A stretch of DNA of 64,000 nt from Candidatus Fraserbacteria bacterium (GTDB taxonomy: Bacteria > Bipolaricaulota > Bipolaricaulia > RBG-16-55-9): NCBI GenBank assembly GCA_037443265.1, contig JBBIOR010000003.1:18192-82191 (forward strand), read 5' to 3'. Below, piece after piece: positions 1 through 9,379 of this stretch. Below the pieces are notes generated by a model. It saw nothing but the letters and a program-made list of their open reading frames with translations, did no database searches and was not told the DNA's origin. Position 1 is the stretch's first letter. The number at the start of each line of letters is the position of its first letter. Made by a program: the position numbers and the translations under genes.

Positions 1-1730
1 ACAGAGTGCTTCTCCATGTACTCGCTCATATCGATTCTCAAGAGGGCATTCTCGTCGTTGAAGAGCACCCAGGCTAGCGCCTTGGAGAGCTCGGTCTTAC
101 CCACGCCCGTGGGCCCCAAGAACAAGAAGCTCCCGATGGGGCGCTTGGGGTCTTTGAGCCCCGCGCGCGCGCGCCGCACAGCAGCAGATATGGCCCGCAC
201 CGCCTCCTCTTGATCGACGACGCGCTGGTGCAGTTCCTCTTCCAGATGGGCGAGTTTTCGGCGCTCTTCCACAAACATTCTCTCGACAGGGATGCCCGTC
301 CAGAGCGAGACGACTTCCGCAATGTCTTCGGCCGTGACTTCCGTTCTCCGGCGCTTCTCCTCCCACTCCTTCTTTAGGCGCTCCCGTTCCGCTCGCAGCT
401 GTTCGAGTTTCTCGTCCAGGCGAGTCCTTTCCCGTTGGGGGACCCCCTCCCGCTCTTCCTCTAGGGCGCGGATGCGGACATTAAGCTCTTCCAGCTGGGG
501 CGCAAACGTCTTGTCGATCCGGATCTTCGAGGCCGCCTCGTCCATCAAATCTACGGCCTTATCGGGCAGGAAGCGATCTGTGATGTAGCGCTGCGCAAGA
601 AGAGCGGCCGCTCTTAGGGCCTCGTCCGTGATCTTGAGCTGATGGTGCTGCTCAAATTTGGGCCGCAGCCCCTTTAAGATCTCCAGCGTCTCCTCCAGGG
701 AGGGTTCTTCGATGAGGACTTTCTGGAAGCGGCGCTCCAGGGCCGGGTCCGTCTCGATGTACTCGCGATACTCGTCGAGCGTGGTGGCTCCTATGACTTG
801 AAAAGTCCCGCGGGCCAGCGCGGGCTTTAAGATATTCGAAGCGTCGATGGCTCCCTCGGCTCCGCCTGCTCCTACGATCGTGTGGATCTCATCGATGAAG
901 ACGATGAAGCGCCCCTTGGCCGCTTCGATCTCGTTCATGGCTGCCTTCAAGCGCTCTTCGAACTCGCCTCTGAACTTCGAGCCCGCCACCATCGCGGCCA
1001 GATCCAACTGGATGATCTCTTTCTCCTTAAGGGTCTCGGGCACGTCTCCTTTGACGATCCGCTGGGCTAGGCCCTCGACGATGGCCGTCTTGCCCACACC
1101 GGGATCTCCGATGAGCACCGGGTTGTTCTTCTTCCGTCGAGAGAGAATCTGTGCCACACGTCGGATCTCCCGGCCTCGGCCTATGACGGGGTCGAGCTTG
1201 CCGGTGCGGGCCAGCTGCGTGAGATTGACGCTGTAGCGTTCTAGAATCTGGTAGCGGCTCTCGGCCTCACGATCTGTCACCCGCTGGGCGCCTCTGACTT
1301 TCTGGAGCGCGGCATAGATGGCCTCGGGGGTGAGCCCGTACTTGTCGAGCACGCGGCGAAGCTGGGCGTTCGTGTCGCGGCTGATGGCAATCAGAAGATG
1401 CTCCACGCCGATGAACTCGTCTCTCAAGCGCTCGGCTTCCATCTCCGCCGACTTGACTAAGCTATCGAGCCTGGGGGTGAGATAGATCTGTTGCCCCACG
1501 GTGGTCGAGATCTGCGGCTTTCGCTCCAGCAGGATTTGAAGGTCTTTGAGCAAGCCGGGCAGAGGAAGGCCAATCTCTTGGAGGAGCTCGCGGCCCACGC
1601 CCTCCTTCTCAGCGAGGGCATAAAAAAGATGCTCCACATCGAGCTGATTGTGCTTGAATCTCTCAAGCAATTCCGCCGCATCGCGGAAGAGCTCTTGAGC
1701 CTTCTCCGTCATCTTATCGAAGCGAATCAT
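1..1730 (-). CDS. clpB: ClpB AAA+ disaggregase, N-terminal ~576 aa; the C-terminus lies beyond the window start (no stop in window, so absent from the ORF track)
   Basis: Own minus-strand translation from ATG at 1730: [16 protein letters not shown]. An in-frame second Walker [24 protein letters not shown], reads from the revcomp of ~75-140. The frame stays open to position 1. Confidence 0.88.
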   Translation of the reverse strand, partial: MIRFDKMTEKAQELFRDAAELLERFKHNQLDVEHLFYALAEKEGVGRELLQEIGLPLPGLLKDLQILLERKPQISTTVGQQIYLTPRLDSLVKSAEMEAERLRDEFIGVEHLLIAISRDTNAQLRRVLDKYGLTPEAIYAALQKVRGAQRVTDREAESRYQILERYSVNLTQLARTGKLDPVIGRGREIRRVAQILSRRKKNNPVLIGDPGVGKTAIVEGLAQRIVKGDVPETLKEKEIIQLDLAAMVAGSKFRGEFEERLKAAMNEIEAAKGRFIVFIDEIHTIVGAGGAEGAIDASNILKPALARGTFQVIGATTLDEYREYIETDPALERRFQKVLIEEPSLEETLEILKGLRPKFEQHHQLKITDEALRAAALLAQRYITDRFLPDKAVDLMDEAASKIRIDKTFAPQLEELNVRIRALEEEREGVPQRERTRLDEKLEQLRAERERLKKEWEEKRRRTEVTAEDIAEVVSLWTGIPVERMFVEERRKLAHLEEELHQRVVDQEEAVRAISAAVRRARAGLKDPKRPIGSFLFLGPTGVGKTELSKALAWVLFNDENALLRIDMSEYMEKHS

Positions 1731-1766
1731 CTTCTATTTCTATTCTAGTCTAGTTCTAGCCCCTCG

Positions 1767-1793
1767 TTAGCAGTCTCATCTTGAGATTGCTAA
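1767..1793 (-). promoter_or_regulatory. CIRCE-like inverted repeat (HrcA operator) in the clpB leader
   Basis: TTAGCAGTC-N9-GATTGCTAA versus CIRCE consensus TTAGCACTC-N9-GAGTGCTAA, one mismatch per arm. It sits 5 nt downstream of the predicted -10. Confidence 0.6.
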
Positions 1794-1798
1794 TCGGG

Positions 1799-1827
1799 AT
1801 TATAGAGGCTGTTGGCCCTCCTGTCAA
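1799..1827 (-). promoter_or_regulatory. sigma70-type promoter for clpB
   Basis: Minus strand reads TTGACA (1827-1822), a 17-nt spacer, then TATAAT (1804-1799). Both hexamers match consensus exactly. Confidence 0.55.
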
Positions 1828-1837
1828 GGCTTCGGGC

Positions 1838-2317
1838 TTAGGGGGCCAGCGCGTAGCGGGCCCCGAGGCTCAGCTGGAAGACGAGCGTAGGAGCGCTCCC
1901 GCTCATGAGCAGCGCACCGCTGCCCTCCAAGATGAGGGTGATGGGAAGCTGCGGCGAAGGGTACTCCACGCCGGCTAGGCCCACCAAGCCGGGGATCACC
2001 TCGCCTACGGCATACAGAAAGAGCGCGCCTCCTCCCACAAAGGGCCTCCCTGTTAGACCGTTGAGCTCTACGCTGCCTGGGTAGAGCTTGGCCGCCAGCC
2101 TCCCCTCAAAATCCACCAGAGGCGCACTGAAGCCGGGAATGGCCGCCGCCGCCTCCAATCGCAGTTGATCCATCACGCCCACGGACGCCAAGCCAGCTAA
2201 GGGAACTTTCACGCCTATCTCAAGAGGGATGGCCGTGGCTGGATCTGAAAACCCCATCAGCAGTCCCATCCCAAGACCGGCCACGATGAATAGAGCGGCA
2301 CACGCTTGCACTCTCAT
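1838..2317 (-). CDS. Hypothetical secreted Gly/Ala-rich protein, possibly a small beta-barrel or outer-membrane protein
   Basis: 159-aa ORF. N-terminal hydrophobic signal-like segment ending in ATA, then alternating hydrophobic, Gly-rich stretches. No recognisable catalytic motif. Confidence 0.4.
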   Translation of the reverse strand: MRVQACAALFIVAGLGMGLLMGFSDPATAIPLEIGVKVPLAGLASVGVMDQLRLEAAAAIPGFSAPLVDFEGRLAAKLYPGSVELNGLTGRPFVGGGALFLYAVGEVIPGLVGLAGVEYPSPQLPITLILEGSGALLMSGSAPTLVFQLSLGARYALAP

Positions 2318-2393
2318 GCAGAATCCTCCTTGGCCTCTCGCGCATCACCCGCGCGATTATAATATTATGAGAAGAGCGAAGGCAAAACGGAGA

Positions 2394-3134
2394 TCAGCCG
2401 ACTTGGGCGAGCAGTTCCTCCGGCACGTCGAAGTTGGCGAAGACTTCCTGGACGTCCTCTTGATCGTCCAGGCGCTCAATGAATTTTATGATTTTCTCAG
2501 CCTCATGGCCCGAGAGCGACACCGTCATCTTGGGCACGAGGGTGACTTGAGCGCGCTCGATCGTGATCCCGCTCTCCTCCAGGCCGCGCTTGACAGCGGA
2601 GAGCTTAGCGGGCGCACAGTAAATTTGAATCTCCTCTGGGCTCTCCTCCATGTCTTCGGCGCCCAAGTCGATGGCCTTCATCAGCAACTGCTCGCTCTCT
2701 TGGCCGGCAGCGGGCTTTACCGTGATCACTCCGCGCCGGTCGAAGAGCCAGGCCACCGAGCCTTGGAGGCTGCCTCCAAACTCCTCAAACGTCTTGCGGA
2801 TCTGGGAGACGGCTCGGTTCTTGTTGTCCGTGACCACGCGGACCATGACCGCCACGCCATAGGGCCCATAGCCCTCATAGATGATCTCTTCATACTGCAT
2901 GCCGGGCAGTTCGCCGGTGGCGCGCTTGATCGCCCGCTCTATGTTCTCCTTGGGCATATTCGCCGCGCGGGCCCTCTCAATCACGTCGGCCAAAGTCGCG
3001 TTCTTTGCCGGATCAGGACCATTCCGGGCCGCAATGGTGATCTCCTTGGAGAGCTTCGAAAAGAGCTTCCCCTTGAGAGCGTCCTGTCTCTCCTTGCGAT
3101 ATTTGATATTGGCCCATTTCGAATGGCCTGCCAT
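2394..3134 (-). CDS. yebC: YebC/PmpR family DNA-binding regulator
   Basis: MAGHSKWANIKYRKERQDALKGKLFSKLSKEI... is the hallmark YebC/TACO1 N-terminus. 246 aa. Confidence 0.9.
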   Translation of the reverse strand: MAGHSKWANIKYRKERQDALKGKLFSKLSKEITIAARNGPDPAKNATLADVIERARAANMPKENIERAIKRATGELPGMQYEEIIYEGYGPYGVAVMVRVVTDNKNRAVSQIRKTFEEFGGSLQGSVAWLFDRRGVITVKPAAGQESEQLLMKAIDLGAEDMEESPEEIQIYCAPAKLSAVKRGLEESGITIERAQVTLVPKMTVSLSGHEAEKIIKFIERLDDQEDVQEVFANFDVPEELLAQVG

Positions 3135-3203
3135 TTTGATCTCCTCCTCGAAGAGTTTAAAATATCCCGCTTACGGGTGCAAGCCCAGAAGGGGGGGGAA
3201 TCG

Positions 3204-4499
3204 ATGCGCTCTTTCCAGGAGCAGTATACGGAGCCTGAGATCGTCCGCTTGGCGGAAGGGCTTCAGAAGAAGCCCCTAGAAGAGGCCCTCCAGATACTCG
3301 AGGGGTTGCCGGCTGAGGTGGCCGGGGAAGTCTTGCGGCACATGACGCCGGAGATCTCCTCTGAGCTACTGGCTCGTCTCGAGCGCCGGGAGGCCGTGGA
3401 GATTCTCGAAGAGATGGCTCCCGACTCCGCCGTGGACATCATGGAAGAGCTCCCCCAAGCGGAGCGGGAGGAGCTCCTGCGTGAGATGGAGCCTCCCGAA
3501 GCGAAGATTCTCGAGGAGCTGATCTCCTATCCGCCTGATACCGCTGGCGGCCTCATGTCTCCCCAAGTCGTGGCCCTCGTCCAAGATCTCACCGTGGAGG
3601 AGGCCATCGCCGTGCTGCGGCGGGCTGCCAGCGAGGCCGAGACGATCTACTACGCCTACGTCGTCGATCGCGAGCGAAGGCTCTTGGGTGTGCTCTCCAT
3701 GCGCGATCTCATCATGAGCCACCCTAAAAAAACGATCGCAGAGATCATGCATCGCCAGGTCGTGGCCGTCACTGCCGACACCGATGCGGAAGAGGTCGCC
3801 AGCCTCTTCGATCGATATAACTTCCTGGCGCTGCCCGTGATCGATCGGGCGAATCACCTGTTGGGCATCGTCACCGTCGACGATGTCCTTGACGTGATCC
3901 GCCAGGAGACGACCGAGGACATGCACCGGCTGGTGGGCCTACCTAAGGAGGAGAGCGTGCTCAGCCCGCTGAGGGCGGCTCTAAAGCGCCGTATCCCCTG
4001 GCTGTTGGTCAATCTCATCACGGCGTTCCTCACGGCGCTGGTGGTGGCCCCGTTTGCGGAGACGATCAGCGCCGTGGCCATTCTGGCCGCCTTCATGCCC
4101 GTGATCGCCGGCCACGGCGGGAACACCGGCACTCAAGTGACGACTCTGGTGGTGCGCGGCCTGGCTGTGGGCGAGGTCGCGCTGGGAGATCTATGGCGGA
4201 TCGTGCGCAAAGAGCTTGCTTTCGGGCTCATTCACGGGGTGCTGGCCGGAGTCTTTACGGCCGCTTTGGCTCTTTTGCTCACGCAGAATCCGTGGCTGGC
4301 CTTGATCGTGTTTGTGGCCATGGTGGGCAACGTGCTCATTGCCGGCATCATGGGTAGCTTGATACCTTTGGCGTTAAAGCGGCTGGGGCAGGACCCGGCG
4401 CTGGCCAGCGCCATCTGGCTGACGACGTTTACGGACATCTGCGGCTTCTTGTTGCTCCTGGGCTTGGGGACTCTCCTCCTCGGCCGCATGATCCCATGA
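3204..4499 (+). CDS. mgtE: Magnesium transporter MgtE
   Basis: Internal ATG of the 2229..4499 ORF, preceded by AAGGGGGGGGAA. N-domain, tandem CBS region (VVDRERRLLGVLSMRDLI / VIDRANHLLGIVTVDDVL) and a C-terminal TM domain with GHGGNTG. Confidence 0.88.
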   Translation: MRSFQEQYTEPEIVRLAEGLQKKPLEEALQILEGLPAEVAGEVLRHMTPEISSELLARLERREAVEILEEMAPDSAVDIMEELPQAEREELLREMEPPEAKILEELISYPPDTAGGLMSPQVVALVQDLTVEEAIAVLRRAASEAETIYYAYVVDRERRLLGVLSMRDLIMSHPKKTIAEIMHRQVVAVTADTDAEEVASLFDRYNFLALPVIDRANHLLGIVTVDDVLDVIRQETTEDMHRLVGLPKEESVLSPLRAALKRRIPWLLVNLITAFLTALVVAPFAETISAVAILAAFMPVIAGHGGNTGTQVTTLVVRGLAVGEVALGDLWRIVRKELAFGLIHGVLAGVFTAALALLLTQNPWLALIVFVAMVGNVLIAGIMGSLIPLALKRLGQDPALASAIWLTTFTDICGFLLLLGLGTLLLGRMIP

Positions 4500-4517
4500 G
4501 AATCAAAGGGGGGAAGT

Positions 4518-5096
4518 ATGCTCAAGAACGATCGTTGGATTCGGGAGATGGCCCTCAAACACAAGATGATCGAGCCTTTTGTCGAGAGGCAGATCAGCCA
4601 GGGGGTGATCTCTTATGGGCTCTCCAGCTATGGCTACGACATCCGCGTGGCCGATGAGTTTAAGATCTTCAGCAGCGTCAACACCCGCTTGATCGCCGAG
4701 GGCAAGCCCATCGTTGTAGATCCTAAGAACTTCGATCCCGGCTCCTTCGTCGATCACAAAGGGGAGTTTTGCATCATCCCGCCCAGTTCCTTCGCCCTGG
4801 GCCGCTCCGTGGAATATTTCAGAATTCCGCGCAACGTGCTGGCACTGTGTCTGGGCAAGAGCACATACGCGCGTTGCGGCATCATCGTGAACATAACTCC
4901 CGCAGAGCCGGAGTGGGAGGGGCAGCTTGTCATCGAGATCTCTAACACTTCCCCCTTGCCCGCCAAGCTCTATGCCAATGAAGGCATCGCGCAGATGATC
5001 TTCCTTGAGGCTCCGGAAGAGTGTGAGGTCTCCTACGCCGACAAGAAGGGCAAATATCAGAGGCAGATCGGGATCGTCACTTCCAAAGTGAGCTAG
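4518..5096 (+). CDS. dcd: dCTP deaminase
   Basis: [11 protein letters not shown]...[15 protein letters not shown]...FCIIPP; typical Dcd length of 192 aa. Confidence 0.88.
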   Translation: MLKNDRWIREMALKHKMIEPFVERQISQGVISYGLSSYGYDIRVADEFKIFSSVNTRLIAEGKPIVVDPKNFDPGSFVDHKGEFCIIPPSSFALGRSVEYFRIPRNVLALCLGKSTYARCGIIVNITPAEPEWEGQLVIEISNTSPLPAKLYANEGIAQMIFLEAPEECEVSYADKKGKYQRQIGIVTSKVS

Positions 5097-5104
5097 CGCT
5101 CCGC

Positions 5105-5133
5105 TTGGCGGCCTTCCGATTGCTGAGTATAAT
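5105..5133 (+). promoter_or_regulatory. Candidate promoter for yajC-secDF
   Basis: TTGGCG (5105-5110), 17-nt spacer, TATAAT (5128-5133). An RBS-like GGGGGGAAAGG precedes the ATG at 5170. Confidence 0.4.
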
Positions 5134-5169
5134 GGATGAACTACTCGCAGGGGGGAAAGGCGAGCTCAA

Positions 5170-5433
5170 ATGTACGACATCGTTACCACGTTGATCTTTT
5201 TGGCGCTGATGGTGGCCATCTTCTATTTTCTACTCATTCGGCCCGAACGCAAGAGGCGCCAGCAGCACAAGGAACTCATCGAGAGCTTAAAACGGGGAGA
5301 TAAAGTGATCACCATGGGCGGCATCTGTGGGGTGATTAAAAAAGTTGACAGAGATCGAGTCTGGCTGGAGGTTGAAGACAACGTGACCCTCAAACTCGTC
5401 AAGGACAGCGTCATCGAAAGGGAGCAGGCATGA
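5170..5433 (+). CDS. yajC: Preprotein translocase subunit YajC
   Basis: 87 aa. A single N-terminal TM, then RPERKRRQQHKELIESLKRGDKVITMGGICG. The stop overlaps the secD start. Confidence 0.85.
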   Translation: MYDIVTTLIFLALMVAIFYFLLIRPERKRRQQHKELIESLKRGDKVITMGGICGVIKKVDRDRVWLEVEDNVTLKLVKDSVIEREQA

Positions 5434-6800
5434 GCCAAGAAGTCATGCGCTGGGTGCGCGTGGGCCTGATCGCGCTGGCGCTCGTCGGGTCTTTGATCGT
5501 GCTCTATTTTGAAAAGCCCATCCTGGGGTTGGATCTGCGGGGTGGGGTGATGCTCCTGCTCCAGGCGGATCCGGCGGAGCTGAACAAGCTTCCTGCCGCG
5601 GAGCAGGCCCGAGCGGTCACTCAAGCGGTGGATACGATCCGATTTCGTGTGAACGCGACTGGCTTGGCTGAAACCGCCGTGACGCAGGCAGGGCCGGATC
5701 GCATCTGGGTGGAGATCCCTTGTCCGCCACTCCCTCCCTGCAGCCAGGCGGAGCAGGTTCGAGATCTGATCGAGCGGCGGGGGTTCTTGGAGTTGAAGAG
5801 AGTGATTCAGGCCGGGACCAGCCCCGATGAGGAGCTCTCCCCCAATCTCGACCAGGAAGTCGTGCGCGACCGGACGGGCATCCCGTATCTGGTGCCGGAG
5901 ATCCCGCTTCTTACAGGCAACGCGATTGAAAGCGCTCGTGCCGCGCCGGCCCCCCTCGGAACCCCAGGGCCCTATGTGGTCGTCCTCACGTTCACAGACA
6001 AAGGAGCTCAAGACTTCGCCCGGATGCTCACCGATGGGACCCTCAAGGGAGGAGATCGACTGGCGATCATCCTCGATGATCGGGTGGAGAGCGCACCGAC
6101 GATCACCGGGCCGGAGGAGCCCAATAGCATCATCACGGCTGCCCGTCAGGGGTGGCGGAACATCAAAGATGGCACCCAGATCACGGGCCTGCCCAGCCTG
6201 CCAGAAGCCTCCGATTTGGCCATTGTGTTGCGCTCGGGCAATTTGCCCGTCCCCGTCCGGACGATCTTTCAGGACGAGATCGGGCCCTCGCTGGGGGCGG
6301 ATTCCATCCGTCAGGGGCTTACAGCCACCGTGCTGGCCGGCATCCTCGTGCTGCTTTTTATGCTCTTCTACTACCGCCTAGCGGGCCTCATCGCAGATCT
6401 CACGATCTTGCTCAATCTCTTGATGCTGGTGGCCGCGATGATGCTCCTCGACGCCACCTGGACGCTCCCCGGCATTGCGGGGCTTATTCTCACCATGGGC
6501 ATGGGCCTAGACTCGAACGTCTTGATCTTCGAGCGCGTCCGAGAGGAACTACGCTCTGGAAAGACGGTGAGAGCGGCGATCGACTTCGGCTACGAGCGGG
6601 CGCTGCTCACCATTGTCGACTCGCACGTGACTACGCTCATTACGGCTCTCATTCTCTTCACGTTTGGGACCGGCCCGATCAAGGGCTTTGCCACTACGCT
6701 CAGCGTAGGTCTCATCATCAATCTCTTTACGGCCCTGGTGGGCACGCGCACGGCCTTTGAGCTCATCAAGGAGCGCGAGCCGAGGAGGCTCAGCATATGA
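5430..6800 (+). CDS. secD: Protein translocase subunit SecD
   Basis: 456 aa. Large periplasmic loop, then C-terminal TM bundle (GIAGLILTMGMGLDSNVLIFERVREE). ATGA overlaps with both yajC and secF. Confidence 0.9.
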   Translation: MSQEVMRWVRVGLIALALVGSLIVLYFEKPILGLDLRGGVMLLLQADPAELNKLPAAEQARAVTQAVDTIRFRVNATGLAETAVTQAGPDRIWVEIPCPPLPPCSQAEQVRDLIERRGFLELKRVIQAGTSPDEELSPNLDQEVVRDRTGIPYLVPEIPLLTGNAIESARAAPAPLGTPGPYVVVLTFTDKGAQDFARMLTDGTLKGGDRLAIILDDRVESAPTITGPEEPNSIITAARQGWRNIKDGTQITGLPSLPEASDLAIVLRSGNLPVPVRTIFQDEIGPSLGADSIRQGLTATVLAGILVLLFMLFYYRLAGLIADLTILLNLLMLVAAMMLLDATWTLPGIAGLILTMGMGLDSNVLIFERVREELRSGKTVRAAIDFGYERALLTIVDSHVTTLITALILFTFGTGPIKGFATTLSVGLIINLFTALVGTRTAFELIKEREPRRLSI

Positions 6801-7834
6801 AAAGATCTCCAGAGAAGGCCGCGAGCGATCACCAACCCCCTCGCTTTATCAGTCTGTTAAGGGACACGAAGATCGACTTCATGGGCAAGCGCTTCTTGGC
6901 TTTTGCCATCTCAGGCGTACTCGTGCTTTTGGGGCTTTTTGCGGCCTATCAAGTCTTCGTTAGCGGAGGGGCCAATCTGGGCATCGAGTTCACCGGGGGC
7001 ACAGCGGTCACCCTCGAGTTTAAAGAACGTATCCCCTTGGAGGAGGCGCGGGCACTCCTCATCCAAAACGGCTTTGCCAACCCCCAGATCACAGACTCCC
7101 GCGAAGCCGGAAAGTTCCGGCTCATCATCCGCGTCAAAGAGGCCACCGTCGAAGGGGAGGCCGTCCTTCTCAGCGATCGGATCAAGCAGCTCTTCCAAGA
7201 GGGTTTCCCCAACAACGCGCCCCTGGCCGAAGGCTCCAGCAGTACCTCCATCGGACCGGCCATCGGGGAAGAACTACGCCAGAAGGCCATCTGGGCCATT
7301 CTTTACGCCTTGATCGGCATCGTCGTCTATATTTGGGTTCGCTTCGATTTCAAGTTCGGGATCGCAGCGACGATCGCCACGTTTCATGATGTGCTGGCCG
7401 TGTTGGGGCTCGTCTGGCTGAAGAACTTCCTCTGGCCGACGGAGATTACGCTGCTCATCATGACGGCTATCCTCACCATCGCGGGCTATTCGCTGACGGA
7501 CACGGTCGTGGTCTTCGATCGGATCCGCGAGAATCTCAAAAAGCGCCAGCGGGCACCTCTGGAGCAGCTCCTCAATGACTCGATCAATCAAGTGCTGAGC
7601 CGGACGATCATCACGTCGCTGACGACTCTTCTGGTCGTGGTGGCGATCTTCGTCTTGGGGGGGGAAGTACTGCGCGACTTCGCCTTTGCCCTGATGATCG
7701 GGATTCTCACGGGAACCTACTCGTCTATTTTTGTGGCCAGCCCGCTCTTGCTCCTCTGGCGCGGCCGGCGGTGGGGGGGCAAGCTCCTCGGCCAGGCCGA
7801 AGCCATCAGGAAGCCTGCCAAGACTCGCTCCTAG
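6797..7834 (+). CDS. secF: Protein translocase subunit SecF
   Basis: 345 aa. IDFMGKRFLAFAIS..., GIEFTGG, and GYSLTDTVVVFDRIREN motifs. Confidence 0.9.
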   Translation: MKRSPEKAASDHQPPRFISLLRDTKIDFMGKRFLAFAISGVLVLLGLFAAYQVFVSGGANLGIEFTGGTAVTLEFKERIPLEEARALLIQNGFANPQITDSREAGKFRLIIRVKEATVEGEAVLLSDRIKQLFQEGFPNNAPLAEGSSSTSIGPAIGEELRQKAIWAILYALIGIVVYIWVRFDFKFGIAATIATFHDVLAVLGLVWLKNFLWPTEITLLIMTAILTIAGYSLTDTVVVFDRIRENLKKRQRAPLEQLLNDSINQVLSRTIITSLTTLLVVVAIFVLGGEVLRDFAFALMIGILTGTYSSIFVASPLLLLWRGRRWGGKLLGQAEAIRKPAKTRS

Positions 7835-8765
7835 AGAAGACCCACTTCAAGGCCAAGGCCCAGACGGCCTCCTCCGGATGGCGTGCTCCGCGCTTAATCT
7901 GAAGATCCTCCTGGTGCAGACGCTGGAGGAAGGCCCTGAGCTCTTGAGGGGTGAGGCGCTGGGCCGTCTTGATCCGCTTGGCCACCAGCCAGGGGTAGTC
8001 CCCGGTACGCTGGGCGATCTCGTGGGCCGAGAGGCCCTCCGCCATAAGAGAGCGCACTCGCAAGAGCGCTCGCACCTGCGAGGCCAAAAGGAAGAAGACC
8101 TTATTGGGCTCTGCCCCACGCTCCCATAGCGCCCTCAAGAGGCTAAGGGCCTCCAGGCGGCGCTCGATGAGGGCATCCAAGCACCTGAAGACGTCCCCTC
8201 CTCGATCGTGGAAGAGTATTCCATCCAGATCCGCGGGTGAGACCTCACCACGCCCCAAGTAAAGAGACAGCTTTTCCACTTCGCTCTCCAGGCGAAAGAG
8301 ATCCTCCTCGACGCTTTCGAGTAGATGCCGCAGGCCCTGAGGGGAGAGCCTCAGCCCACGTTCCTCAAGCAGCTCATGGACCAGAGATGGGAGCTGGCGG
8401 CGGTCGGGAGGCGGATGGTCGTGGACCTCCCCCAGCCTCAAGACGAGCTGAGGGAGCTTGCCCCGTCTGTCCAGCCTCTCCCCTTCGAGGATGATGCACC
8501 GCTCTGGGGGCAGGGGTCGCTCCAAGTAGGGGAGGAGGGCTTCAGGATCGCGCAGCTTATCCACACGTTTCACATGGACGAGCACGTTCTCACGAAAGAG
8601 CGGCGAGCTTTGGAGCGACTCGACAAACTGCTCAATCGGGAGGGCTTCGCCGTCGAAGCGGGCCTCGATCCATGGCCTTTGGCTTTGGGCGCGCAGCTTG
8701 CGCTTCAGTTGCGCAATGGCGCGCTCTCGTAGCCATGCATCGCCGGTGAAGAGATAGAGGCTCAT
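7806..8765 (-). CDS. holA: DNA polymerase III delta subunit
   Basis: 319 aa. MSLYLFTGDAWLRERAI... N-terminus and a HolA-like helical C-terminal half. Its 3' end overlaps the convergent secF by 29 nt. Confidence 0.7.
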   Translation of the reverse strand: MSLYLFTGDAWLRERAIAQLKRKLRAQSQRPWIEARFDGEALPIEQFVESLQSSPLFRENVLVHVKRVDKLRDPEALLPYLERPLPPERCIILEGERLDRRGKLPQLVLRLGEVHDHPPPDRRQLPSLVHELLEERGLRLSPQGLRHLLESVEEDLFRLESEVEKLSLYLGRGEVSPADLDGILFHDRGGDVFRCLDALIERRLEALSLLRALWERGAEPNKVFFLLASQVRALLRVRSLMAEGLSAHEIAQRTGDYPWLVAKRIKTAQRLTPQELRAFLQRLHQEDLQIKRGARHPEEAVWALALKWVFSRSESWQAS

Positions 8766-8883
8766 CCCAGCTCAGGGGGCATTATAGGGCCGCGGCCTGG
8801 AATGCCGCAAATAGACACGATACAATGGGAATCGAAGGGGCCGGGGCCTCGCCGTTTGACCTACGAATTCCCCTCTCACCACC

Positions 8884-8903
8884 GAAGGGGCCCCGGCCCC
8901 TTC
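8884..8903 (-). terminator. GC-rich hairpin at the stop codon of the 118-aa ORF (no U-tract)
   Basis: GAAGGGG-CCCCGG-CCCCTTC is self-complementary (7-bp stem). No T-run follows on either strand, so it is only terminator-like. Confidence 0.3.
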
Positions 8904-9258
8904 ATTGGGTACCCTGAGCACTCTTGCCGTTGCCAAACAAGGCGTTCAAGAAGAAGATCAACCCCATCCCGATCGCCGTGCCCAGCACAATGCCCTCACC
9001 AAATCTCTCCTTGCCTGCAAACCGCTGCTGGGTGTACCCACAATGGATGCAGCGAAGGTACTCGTTCTCCTTCTCCGTCTTAAACGGCTCCAGTTTGGAT
9101 TTGCAGATGGGACAGCTCTGGGGCTCCAAGATCTCCGAAGGGATCTTATCAATGCCCTTCTTGATCAAGGCCAGCTCGACCTCTTTGGCGTTCTCATACA
9201 CCCAGAGCGGCACCTTGATCGTCTTGTAGGCCTCGACATCTTTTGCCATCGCGTTCAT
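8902..9258 (-). CDS. Small zinc-ribbon protein with a C-terminal transmembrane helix (function unknown)
   Basis: 118 aa. CPIC...CIHC pair, then GIVLGTAIGMGLIFFLNALF. It has its own consensus promoter. The region looks less GC-rich than its neighbours by eye. Confidence 0.5.
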   Translation of the reverse strand: MNAMAKDVEAYKTIKVPLWVYENAKEVELALIKKGIDKIPSEILEPQSCPICKSKLEPFKTEKENEYLRCIHCGYTQQRFAGKERFGEGIVLGTAIGMGLIFFLNALFGNGKSAQGTQ

Positions 9259-9323
9259 GGTCGACCTTCTACCTTGCCACTTGGTAGAAAATTAAGCATA
9301 TATAACTTTAGCTTCTAAGTGGC

Positions 9324-9352
9324 ATTATATACTCTTTCTACCCAGCTGTCAA
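9324..9352 (-). promoter_or_regulatory. Consensus sigma70 promoter for the 118-aa ORF
   Basis: Minus strand: TTGACA (9352-9347), 17-nt spacer, TATAAT (9329-9324). Followed by an imperfect inverted repeat GCCACTTAGAAG / CTACCAAGTGGC (9323-9312 and 9287-9276). Confidence 0.5.
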
Positions 9353-9379
9353 GGGGGTCTCTCAGGGCGCGAAAGGGGG

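Noticed and set aside
2229-3203. N-terminal 325 codons of the 756-aa ORF 2229..4499
   Set aside because: This part lies antisense to the well-supported yebC gene and shows no family motifs. MgtE homology begins at the internal ATG at 3204, which has an RBS. The extension is a GC-rich open-frame artefact.
5223-6011. 262-aa minus-strand ORF
   Set aside because: Antisense shadow of yajC/secD. No motifs, and an Arg/Pro-rich composition.
8834-8892. 10-nt direct repeat CGAAGGGGCC (8834-43 and 8883-92) in the holA upstream spacer
   Set aside because: Only two short GC-rich copies are present. The second is simply one arm of the hairpin at 8884-8903. This is not enough for a repeat-element or CRISPR call.
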